Positions 13,701-25,842 of a DNA stretch of 64,000 bases are shown here, piece by piece. The position numbers were made by a program, and so were the translations under genes. This DNA comes from Lingula anatina (lineage: Eukaryota; Animalia; Brachiopoda), in NCBI GenBank assembly GCA_051362555.1, contig CM120640.1, positions 52,926,788 to 52,990,787 on the forward strand, read 5' to 3'. Each line of letters starts with the position of its first letter. Positions within the stretch are counted from its first letter, which is position 1. The notes beneath the pieces are model-generated. The model ran no database searches and was not told where the DNA came from. It saw only the letters and a list, made by a program, of their open reading frames with translations.

Positions 13701-16700
13701 CACTATGTCGTAGGATATTACAAGCTCTTTGATCTAGCAGTGACAAACCAAGATGGACAGACATGTTAATACTGCCTTCTTTTCTCTTCACTGCATATTT
13801 ATTATGTCTTCAAATCATTACACTCATTCCCCACAACTAGTCAAGCTACAAGGGGATGATCCCATTTCAAAATGCTCACAACAACTTCATTCTCACCTGC
13901 AAAGGCACAAATGTCCACCATTATAGTTGCCAAAGACTTGATAGGCTCAGCCATCACCTCTAAGGCTGCTAACACAGCATCTGCAGATTCTTGTTTGCCT
14001 TTTGTAATGTAAATATTTACAAGACAGAATATTATATTCAAATACACACATGGGGCACATATTAAAAATAAATATCTTCTTTTAAGTTTTATTATAATAT
14101 GGTATTCAGTATTTAAAATATCCAAACCAAGATTTGAATGGATTATGAAAATGAGTGACAATGAACATAAGTACTTCAATAAAAAAATCATTTACTCATG
14201 ACAATCAAACTATAACTGTGCTCTTTTTCAACTAGTTACCTTACCCAAATAGGTAAGAGCCAGTCCTAGTACTAAAAATCTGGCATACGGATCCTTCAAT
14301 TCTAATTCAGATTTCTCCATCAACGTTTGTAGAATTGTGGATGTGACATCTCCATTACAACTGCCTACTGCAATCATACCACATGACAAAGCTGCCATGC
14401 CCACAACCTATAGAAAATTAATAAACTGTGTTACATCATATGCATTTATAATAAACTGATCTGGTTGTGTTCAACTACGATAAATAGGCATGCTTTAGGA
14501 CTGCAATCCTTTCTCAAATGGAGAACATACTCCTAAATAGTCAAATCACTTTTGTTTAGTTTTACCTCCATGTTAGACTTAGAATCTCCCATCACTGGTA
14601 GTAGCAAACTGATGACATCTTCTCTGTTGGAGCCAGAATAGGCCAAGCCCAAACTGAAATGCATCATATGTAAAAAAACTTTCATTTCTGCTTACAAAAA
14701 AATCAATTTTTTATATTTAAAATCAGTTTAAATTTTTTCCTTTTAATTTTCTAGCATAACAAATTGCAATAATCAAACCTTCATTAAAGGCATTATGTAT
14801 GTAATTTGCAACTAGCAGTGAAAACAGCTCATAAACGAAATTCAACCCAGGCAGTTAAAGCTTATAACTTACCCTACAATAGACCCTATCCTCATAATAT
14901 TGTTGCTGTGAAGTACATAGTCCGACAATAAAGCAAGTGCTGGATCACATTCATTTCTCACACCACTATTTACAATGCCACAAGCAAGCAGAGCTCCAGA
15001 CTGTAATCAAAATGTCAATTAGTTAATAAAAAAACACTTCAATACACTTAATATTCTTCATTTTACTTAAAACTAATTTACTGATGCATTATTATAATGC
15101 TGTTTAATGTTACATAGGTCATGCAATTGCCACAGACAAGCTAAATCTGAAAAATGGGGTACAGCAAAAGAGAACTTTTTACTTTTTTTAAAACTTATTT
15201 CAAAAGTAGAACTATCAACAATACAACTATTATTCATCCTTACTTTTACATAGTCCTCTGAAGAGTAAAGGTATTTGTCAATCTGTGTCAAGCCACCATC
15301 AACATCCCACAGGAGGATGAGACCTAAAGTAGCTGTGGCACTAAGCATTCCTGAAAATACCCAATACATGTGTTGTTCAAAATATTCTTAAGGGCAAGCA
15401 AAACAAAGATCTTAAAAATACAATTTTATGAAAGCCTGCGCTAAGCATATAGTGAACATCCATCATTATGGAAACCATGGCTAGAACCATAATTCTATTA
15501 TCCAACATACTCTTACATTACACCTGTTAATTTATAACCATAACCATTTTTTAAATTTAACCAACAATATGCAATTAGATAAATCTCAAATTTGAATTAT
15601 GCAATAATATTTATCATTTATTGTCGTATTTATACTTATACAAGTATAAAATGAAAATTATTATGATCTGTCAATAAAATAATTTCCTTGAATAAAATAG
15701 ATAAATATAAGTAAAATCAATTGTGGTCATTAAAAAATGTGTTGCTGATGTGTGAAAACTAGTTTTGGTGTGGGTGGATGTTGCTTTTAGAGACTGTAGT
15801 TGTGATGCTGATAACATAGGTATAAACAAATTAGCTTTACAAGTTGGTGATTCATAATTGGGACAAAAGCCAAATGGAGTCTGACAATATCAATACCATG
15901 TTCTTTGTTTTTATAGATCCATTTGCTGCCATCTTCCATCAGCAGTTTGTCTTGTCCAAATGCGGCATTTACAAATCCATTGACAAAAGATGCTGCCAAG
16001 TTCTGCCTGGCCGAGTCCACATTAGAAGGTCCAATTGTTCTGTTGGGTTCTAGGTGACTCTTGTAAATGTCCTCTGGTACTTTAGGCTCCATAATATCCA
16101 ACTGTAATAATTAGAACAGGTTTGGTTGTGTTACAAACATGATATATCATTAAACAATTTATTTTCCTCTAATAAGTGGGTGGATGTACTTGGTAACTGA
16201 ATACATTGAAATGTTATGCTAGTCACAAAGGTCCAAATTCCAACTTGGTTTGAAAATATTAGAAGCCAAACCATGAACAGTAAGGAGAGTGAAAATCTCA
16301 GTACACAGTCATGAAAGTCACTGAAAATAAGTATTAGGATACATCAGCATATCAATGTGGGACAATAATGAAATAACTGTGTTACCTCTCTTGCAAGTGC
16401 TAGGAAATTATTATTGAGATGTGCATTGGACATGATTTCTACTAGATCATCATAATCATCCATTTCATCATCCAACTCCAAAAAGATCTGCTGTCTGCCC
16501 AACATATATGCTAGCTGCTTCTGAATCATTCTGAAAATAGATTCAAGTGATGAAATAATTAGCATTTCATATACTTAAGTTAACCAGGGCCAACCTAGGA
16601 TTCCACACAGCGACTAAGACCAGAAAAATTGATGCCTGTCAATTGAAACAAAATACAAATCTTTTAAAGTCTACAATAATTTTTTTAAATTCAACAATAA

Positions 16701-19319
16701 CACATGGCACAAGAATGAAAATAGAAATCATTACTTACGAGTCTTTGCATGACAAAAAGATCTCCTTCACTAAGTTTGTATCATTTAGTTCCATAGCACA
16801 GCGGAGAGCCTCTGGGTAACGGTTGAATTTACGGAAAATAGTGAGAGTTGTCTTCAACAAAATTGTATTCTCTGGGTCTGGTACATAGGGAACACAGCTG
16901 ATACAAAGGATAACAGACAGTGGTAGAACAGTCACACAAAAAACTGTGAAATACTGGCTTCAGTCAAATATAATATTCATTAGATTATGACATATTAAAC
17001 ATAAAAATTATATACCAAAGAAAAAATGTGACATATTTCAAGATAGTTAAATACAAATACAAATTGAAAAGTTACAGCAATAGCAACAAATGGATCATAT
17101 AAACATTAGTAGGAAATAATATTCTATGTGGGTAAACAAGCTATCACCAGTAGAGGCATAAGTTGCAATCACTGGGATCAAATAAATATTTTTGTTTTGT
17201 TTATAAAACTGTAGAACATACCTGTTCAGATACAAGCATACCCTAGGGAATGCATTCTCATCTACATAATCTTCAAGCAGGTCCAGCCTTTCAATCTCCA
17301 TCAGCAAGTCACAGGCCTCAGCCTCAGCATTGTGATGCATGGAATAGGGTACAATCTGCTTGGCAAGTTTGAGAAGTTCTTCACGCTTTTTGGTCTCTTT
17401 TTCTGGTGTGTCCTGCCACTCCTGGGCAACCTCTCCACTAAGATGCCTGGACACATTAAAGAAACAGTTTTAAATTCATACAAATTCAATCACGGATATT
17501 TTAAAAAACTTATAAGGTGTTGGACAGCTTTGAGCATACATGACCTTTTACTGTCTACTAATGAGACATTGAAAACTATTTTATTAGTAATACAGATGGA
17601 ATGGCATCTCTAGCAGTATTTCTGGCAATGGATACTATGTCACAAAACTACTTGAATATTACCTAACATATTCATGTCCCCATGCTCCAACTTCTTCATG
17701 TGAGCCAAGCATTCTGAACTTGAGACAATCTCTCCCTTCCCCCATTGTCATACCCAGCACAGAGATGATATCTGCACAGAATGCCTGAAAAAAGAGAAGA
17801 GAATAAGACTAAATTTGTTTTAAAAAACATTGGTCAAACAATCTTTGGCTAATTTATTTTCATGGATGGATGGATGGGTACTTCAATTACGTGAGTTAGT
17901 TACTGCTACTTTTTAAATATACATATGAAGCAAGCATGGATCCTCTATAAGGCATATAAATAATTCAAGATAAAAATGTCTTTGAAAAATTATGACAAAG
18001 AAAAATGTAAGAATAAAATCTAATATTAATTATATTTCTCATATTAACACACACATTTTACTTATATCTTTTTAAAGTGCAGATTATATTTCTTTCATAT
18101 GCTGAGCATGTCTTTAAAAAATTTGGATAGTGCTTCTCATTAAAGTAAATTCCAAACATTACCTTAGTTTTTGTATCTTTTATCTTCTCATAAACTTGCT
18201 TTAAAGTATCATAATGTGGCCTTAGGAATTTAAGGGGCTTAGGAACAGAGGTCATTGAAGTGGTAGATGCCCGAATCAAAGTCCTCATACTTTCCAATGC
18301 TGGCTTGTAAAGCTTTTGGTTTGGCTCCTGAAAGAGGTTGAAATGATGATATAACAACAAGAAAAGCACTCCGAGAGCACAGACCTCCACCAAGGCAGCA
18401 ATTTTTTATTATTATTGATTATTGATTGATTATTGATCCGGGTCACCACCAAAAACTAATCACTTCTAAGTTAACCCATTTCCCACCTACCCAGAAAATT
18501 TCATCCAAATCGGTCCATGACTTTTTGAGTTATGTTGATGACAAACAGACAGACAGACAGGGGTGAAAACATAACCTCCTTGGAAGAGGTAAGAATATGC
18601 ATGTGGAGAATGAGCCTAAAATCCACTTTTTTAACCCAAGTAGGTCAATTACTGAAAAAGTACCATGTTGTTACTTGACAAATACTGACTACCATGAGTA
18701 AAAAAAAAAAAAGATTCAAAATTATGGAAATATGAAAGAAAGAAATTACCTGAAGTCTTTCCACCAACATGTTAAGCTCATCTTGCAATTGCCTGTCTTC
18801 CTCAGACTAAAATTAAAAAGGACCTTAATCAGCATGTCAAAAAATCCAAATAAGCATATGTGTCTGCTAAACACAGGCATTTCCCAGTTACGATCTGCAT
18901 TATAGTTTTCTAATCAAACAATGACAAACTACCAGCACAAATTATTTCACATTTGATTCACACACTGAGTGACACAAATACACTTTTATGACATATACCT
19001 GCAACTGTCAAAAGCCGTTAGTCTTGCTAATAAACTGTTTGGCATTTTAATCATTTAAAAAGAAAAAGAAAAAAAGAAATATTCCATGTGCTGATGTGAG
19101 TACGTTACTTGTGACACAGCAAATTTTGCACAGCTATCATGAACTCCGTCAAGATAAATTTCTATGTGTTTAAGGAATTTTGGCATTATAAAATGAAGAA
19201 AAAGTACACGTCAATGCAATTTAAAGTTTTCTTACCAACTCTGGTTCATTTTCTTCCTCTGTTTTCTTTTCTTTTTGTGTTTCTTTCTCTGTATCTTGCT
19301 TTTCCTTGGTATCCGCCAT
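10758..19319 (-). CDS. PSMD2: 26S proteasome non-ATPase regulatory subunit 2 (Rpn1), about 21 exons
   Basis: ATG at 19319 (MADTKEKQD...). Exons encode [95 protein letters not shown] and [15 protein letters not shown]; stop at 10758-10760. Confidence 0.97.
10826..11128 (-). other. Probable U12-type (minor spliceosome) GT-AG intron, last intron of PSMD2
   Basis: Minus-strand donor GTATCCTTTA; branch-like TTTCTTTGAC followed by TGTAATCAG at the acceptor, no polypyrimidine tract; splicing restores [14 protein letters not shown]. Confidence 0.85.
18356..18592 (-). mobile_element. Helentron-associated / DINE-1-like non-autonomous element
   Basis: Minus strand: TT, subterminal repeat ACCTCTTCCAAGG with a short hairpin, (GTCT)n tract, inverted partner CCTTGGTGGAGGT, a GC-rich stem-loop, then CTTGTT. 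Confidence 0.75.
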
Positions 19320-19775
19320 GTTGAACAGCCGGTGTTTGAAAACGAGACAAATAATCTCTATACTCTTTTCTAACTGAGGCAGAATATATTTGAAAAGGCA
19401 ATAAAGTGAAATAAACTGCATCAAAATACTAATAATAAACATATTTCCAAACGTCACTAGATATTTTCAAACCATTCCTGCCTAAAACCTTATATACATA
19501 CGTGTTCCATGAAAAAGTTCAGAGAGTCCACTTCCCGTCAAGCTCGGCTCTGCCGTGATTTCAAGATGGAGGAAAGGAATGGAATTTTTCGTTTTGTTGA
19601 ATTGAATTGTAATTCTCATGCAATATAGAGAGATGGCTTTTCGATCTGTCGAACGGTTTGACTAAATAGCGCTATATACCTATATCCACGCAAACTTTTT
19701 GCTCTGACGAGGCCGTAAATCGGATTTTAACAGAGTTGTTTACATAGTTTCTAGGGTAACATTTTCACAGTAAGT
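19320..19775. promoter_or_regulatory. Bidirectional promoter PSMD2/KIF17 with probable non-coding first exon of KIF17
   Basis: CpG-richer stretch upstream of the PSMD2 ATG; TGTTTAC (19737-19743), X-box-like GTTTCTAGGGTAAC (19747-19760), donor GTAAGT at 19770; an acceptor (TTTTACAG) lies 2 nt before the KIF17 ATG. Confidence 0.65.
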
Positions 19776-20460
19776 ATGATTTTATTTACTTCGTTTCGCT
19801 TGATTCATATTTGAAAACTAAATTAATGACCAAAAATGCCATATACATCCACGGATTTTCTTTTATTATAATTTGACTTACCTTTTTGAGAAAGGGTAAA
19901 TTGAATTCATTCATGACAGTGCACTTTCGTTCAACGCAAAGCATTACTTTAGTGAGGCTACTGGTACTGGTATCCTGTCATAGTGAACATAACCCACCCC
20001 ATCTTTCCCTAGTTTCTCACTGTTAGTATGGTATTAGGTAGCTTGATAACAGTTAAAATATCTCCACATTGCCTTGGGCTCCATTCCGTTAATGTGTTTT
20101 TTTTTTCATTCAGTTGTCTTCATTTAAATGTACTGTTACTTACAAATCACAGTACATTTTGGTACACTGATTCATGTAACAGATGTACAGTATTACCCTG
20201 TAGGTCACCAGGGTGATGTGTACTGAACATAGGCAAGAGGGCTTGTACTATCAAACAGCCTCTTTTTGGTTGAGATTATCCTTTTGTGTCATCTTTTAAA
20301 ATGATAAAACCCCTCAAATAAAAGTACCTAATATCAATATTTCCTTTCAAAATGGAAGACATGGTGGTCAAAGTGTTTAGCCATGCATTTAGAACCAAAT
20401 TATTTAATTAAAGAGTATATAATGCATCGAGTTGAGATATGATTTGTGCATAGTTGGTAT

Positions 20461-21414
20461 AATAGAGTCTTTTCCACGGTCACGTGTCTTCCGCTAAATT
20501 ATCCGTGGGAACGCGAGATTTTGCGGGATTTGAAGTTTCAGGGGGAAAGTGTGGAGTGTACACGACGGACGCCATATCGAGGAGTGCTCATTTCAATCTG
20601 AATTTTCAAAGTTTCGTAACATGTTATCACTTGATTTTTTTCGAAAACACATTCATGGGAGCAGTTGGAATAGAAATTAAGCAGAAGTACCTGATGACTT
20701 TTCAATGAAAGAACTAAAAACTTACCTCATCGACAGCAAAGATAGGACATTCGGTACTTTTGAAGTATACCCCCCCCCCCCCACCCTGTAACTTCCTGAA
20801 ACCTTCATTTTTCAAACATTTTTTACAGTGTCTTTTGCACCTATGTCAAAGCTGTTGAAATAAAATGTTTTTGTAATTACCTGTGGTCTTTTTATTAGTT
20901 TTAATCACGTTTAATCCACCCCATTGAAATACAATGTGAACATTTACAATGTAACCGCAGTCAATAACTTGCTGCGTTTTTGTTGGCTAACTCTACCTTA
21001 TTTTATGTGAACATAGGATTGATACATTGTATACTTGGATTTCCTCTGTGAAATTATTATGAGCTACTTGTTCACATAAAATTACCTTAGAGTTAGCCAA
21101 CGAAAATGCGGCAAGTTATTGACTGCGGGTGTAAATTGAAGATTCTAACTTTGTAACGTGATTAACACTAATAAAAAGTCCACAGGTAGTTACAAAAGCA
21201 TTTTATTTCAACAGCTTTGACATAGATAAACAATAAAATGTAAAAAACTGTTTGAAAAGTGAAAGTTACAGAAAGTTACAGGGTGGGGGGTATACTACAA
21301 AAGTACCGAAGGCCCCTTCTGCTCAGTGCCTTCTACTCTTTCCCCCTGAGAAACAGTCCTGCACAAAATGGCGCGAACTGCGCATGCTCACGATTTCGTG
21401 GAAAAGACTCTATT
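20461..21414. mobile_element. Large fold-back non-autonomous DNA transposon, superfamily unassigned
   Basis: Exact 18-bp TIR AATAGAGTCTTTTCCACG / CGTGGAAAAGACTCTATT plus internal imperfect inverted arms at about 20750-21013 and 21069-21310. Confidence 0.85.
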
Positions 21415-23049
21415 GCTTTTTTCTCACCTTCAGTTGTCAATAAGAGAGTTGTGTCTCTAAATAATAATCAGTTAATAATTAATATAAGTCACTGGATTAA
21501 CATTAAATAAGTTCATCTAGCAGAAATTATGCTAGTCTTTTAATCAGCTGAAATGATGAGATGATGTTATTGTTTATTTTTGAACCAAAAAATGCACAGA
21601 GTAAGATTTTTCTATAAAAATTCCTAATTAACAGATTTTCCTAGGTTACTGTTTTTTCTCCAAGTAATCATCTTTTAATCCTCCTCATGATGCTTACCAT
21701 AACTCTGTAACGACTATAGAAAATTAAGAAGTCCCAATCCATAATCCATGTTTTTTTTTTTTTTTTTTTCAAATTTCACCTTGCCTTTGAGCACTGGCTT
21801 TTTTGTATTGCACAAATCAAAACTGTCTCAAGATGGTTGACCAGTGGCAAGGTTTGTCAAAATGAGATAAATAAGATTATTATTGGTAACATTAATGTCA
21901 TATATCTGTTGAAAAACTATCAAAAACATTACCTGTCATGAGAGAAGTTCAACCTTAATTTTTTCTTCAGACAGGTCTCAAAATCAGTTTACTTTTTGAT
22001 GTTTTAGTGTATCCAACATTCGTCAAATATTCAAATATTCTTTTTCCCTTCTGTAAAATAAAGTTTATAATGGTGTTACATCAATAATTGTCTGACAATA
22101 GTCTGCTGGGGCTTAAACTGGCATGTACATGTTCTTATATAGATACATTGTGTGAAGGTGCACCTTGGTAGTTGAAGCATTATCATAAACTTTTAACATC
22201 TATTCTTCAGCTAGAGATTTTATTTAAAACTGTTAATTCGAATAATTAATTAATGGCTATAGATGTGAATAGATGTGATAACTTTTATTTGTCACAACTC
22301 TAGCCAGTATGGTATATATATAGGTTAAAATTTCAGATATTGCTACTGTTATAAAAGTAACTGCTTGATTCTAGTTTTTGTTTTATTGATGCAGTCCTAT
22401 TTAAAGCCTGGGGCAGCAATCATCCTGTCCTCTAAAATGCAGATTATGTAAATATTTATCATCTAAGACCCAAGGACCTATCTACTGTAGATTAGACTAA
22501 TATTGACAGAAATATGGTGGAAAAAAATTGTGACAGTATCAAAATATGAGAATCAAAATTATATATCTTTACAATGTCTTTGAAAAGAATAAAATAAAAG
22601 GAAGAGCGAGTTTTAGATAATTTACTGTGTTTACTTAGGTGCCTAGGTTTGTTCTATACATAATTAAAGAATTACCATAATTGACTGTATTAGTATTGCT
22701 TAAGGGTATTTTGTGAAGGCACTGTCATGGATAAAGCACACAGCACGTGATGTTCATTATGAAAGGCTGTTTTGTCAGGCACTTGAAATCATTGTGACTT
22801 GCAACTACTCTGGTATCAGGAAGATGAAGGGTGAATGGTTTACATAGTTTGATTCTCTAGCAGTTTTTAAAATGTTATAAACTAAGTTTAAACCCAGGTT
22901 ATCTTGCTGTTTAACAAGAATCTATTTTAAAAGAATGGAGTGTGTTCACTTGTTGCATGATAAATAACATTAATCAGCTATCTGTAGAGACTGTCATAGA
23001 TTGTTCACACTGCTGACAGATAAAGCAATGATTAATTTTTTTTACAGTA

Positions 23050-25795
23050 ATGGCTGCTGAGGCAGTAAAAGTGGTGGTGCGATGCCGTCCTATGAACTCA
23101 AGGGAAAAAGATCTCAAGTGTAGTTTAGTGGTTTCTATGGACAGTGCTAGTGGTGGTTGTTCTCTTATTAATCCAAATGATGAAAAAGCACCACCAAAGA
23201 ATTTCACATTTGATGGAGCCTACTTTATTGACTCTACAACAGAACAGATTTATGCAGACATCGCATATCCACTTGTTGAGGTATGTATTCTATTTATTGG
23301 ACAGTATTTTTGGAATATTTCATGTTTGAGTAAATGTGTGGAGTTAATCGTTCAAAGCTGTGTTCTATATATCAGTACAAGTACCTATTTTTATGATTGA
23401 GAGACTATATATGTCATGGAGCACCATTGCAAAATATGAGATGAAGATGATATATTACCTTTTAGTACAAAAAGATTGCAGCTGAACTTGCATGGTGCAC
23501 AGTGTTTATGTCATGTTACTGGTCTTGTGTCACCACTATATATGTACACCAAGCAAGTTAATTTGTAATTTTCTTTCAACCAAAAATATCAGGTAATTTC
23601 TCTCTCATGTTATCTGAATGTGATATGAATGATGTTAAAATAGCCTGAAATAGGGGTGAGCTGTGCTTTTTTGGTTTATACATTATATACTGAATATACA
23701 TGTACTGGGTACTTATGTAGCTGGACCACTGTATTTGAAATTCTGATTATTATAATGGACTGTACTAGAAATGTACTTGAACATACATGTAACTGAGGGT
23801 GTTTTGAAATTACAGGGTGTAACAGAAGGTTATAATGGTACAATATTTGCATATGGACAAACTGGGTGTGGAAAGTCTTTCAGTATGCAGGGAATTACTG
23901 ACCCAGCTACACAGAGAGGAATCATTCCAAGGTGAGCATAAATCAGCAGCTGCAAGTAAAGATGTATGTCTCTCCCGCTTCCTCAAATACATGTAGATAA
24001 GTGCTTAAAAATGAATTGCAAAATAAAATTTAACAAAAAAGCTAAAATATTTCCCTACTTTCCCTCCCAGCCAAAAAAACACATGACACTTGTTTTTATT
24101 CTGTCTAGCCTATTGTTTCAAAAAGTTCTGTATTATTAGCAATTTTTTTAGTTTACTCTTTTTTGTACGTAAAAAAAATTGTAATATCAGTTTTATTGGT
24201 AGGATTTTTTTCTCATAACTTCAAGAAATTTTAATGAGCTTTGCAAGAAGTCTTTCCTCTTACATATGTGCTTCTAATATTCCTTTATTTTTAAGATTAA
24301 TTGTTGAGAAGGACTTACTAGCTTATTTTTGTTTTGTTTTTTTGTCATTGTAAGTCTTAATGAATAAAAAAGGGGCCTTTGTATATAAGAGGTACAGAAA
24401 TAAGACTTGTAGGAATTTAAGCCCTTTATTGTTATTCCAAGGCAATATTTGCTCATTGTTTAAAAGAAAATATTTGCCAAGTTCCAACATTTTATTTAAT
24501 GTCACTCATAATAGTATGTAGCTATTGGAGAGAAGAACATTCTCTTAACAATTCAATAAAAGATATCAAAACATGCCATTGGCAACAACGCATTTTACTG
24601 CTTAATATTATAAACCAGAGAAAAATGCATTTGGTTGCTGAAAGGAAAGCTGCATGTTCCGCATAGATTTGAAAGAAAAAAATGTCCTTTTTGTTTTTAA
24701 CTAGTATTGAAATAAGCATTGAATGTGCCTCAAGTCTTTCTCCATATTTTACTTAATTTCCTATACAATATTTTGCTTAGATAAGAAAAAACCCTGCATG
24801 ACTCAAGATAAGAATGGATTTGTTTATCCCGCTCCTATGGCCCTATTAGTTTTCTAGAACCCTGCAGCTTAAGTATATGATCTAGGAGACTGTTTTTGCA
24901 TGTTGTGACAACCAGCCTAATATTTGGCCCATTTCTCCAAGGAGTTGATTGGGGGTCTCTATAATAAGCCACTGCTTAGAGTTATAACTACAGTAGACAC
25001 GGGCCAGCATGAAAATATGACCACTACAAAATATATCTTAATGCTCTTTAACTTTGTCAGTGTTTTTAAACAGTTGCTTGCATTTTGCTTGGAAAACACT
25101 AATCAGTGTTATGACCTTTAAAGTGACATGCGGCTATGCTTATTGTTTTTTCAATATGCCAATCACCACTACACTAAAGGATATTGGAAGCAATTTTAGT
25201 TGACCAACCAAACACATTCAAGAGGAAAAGGTTATATTGATTTCTGACAGTACTGAATATTTCATAAATGAAAAGCTCAGCTAGTAGTGAGAACAGAATC
25301 AATGTCATAAGCTGTCACAATTGAATCCAGCCCAATGTTTCACTGAGTAATGATTATGTCAGTACATACTGAAGTGTGTGGTTGTATAGATTGATGAATA
25401 CCTCTCTGATGCATTTTCTTTATTTGCTGCTTGTCGTCTCTGTAAGCTATCAATAACACATGCTTTTCTGACAAGAACATGTTAATGCACTTTGTACTTG
25501 TTTGCCTCATGCTACAATCAGTAATATTCAATTTAAAAGGAACATGTTTAAGACCTTCGGTTTATGTAACCATGGGCTGTGATCACAGTTTCATTTACTT
25601 TTTTCTTGTTATTCTCACTTACCCTCTCTTACAAATAAATGAATAAATAATCATATGAATAAATAGATAAATGGATCAATAAATATAAAAACTAGATGGT
25701 GTTGACGGATAGCCATCAAAAATTCTCATCCCCCCCCCCCCATATTGGAAAGAGTAGCTCACCCTCAGGAACCCTATTTCTTAGATATTTATTTA

Positions 25796-25842
<47 letters not shown>

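Noticed and set aside
19705-19713. TGACGAGGC, matching the ARE core TGACnnnGC near the PSMD2 promoter
   Set aside because: Too short and degenerate to support without conservation data.
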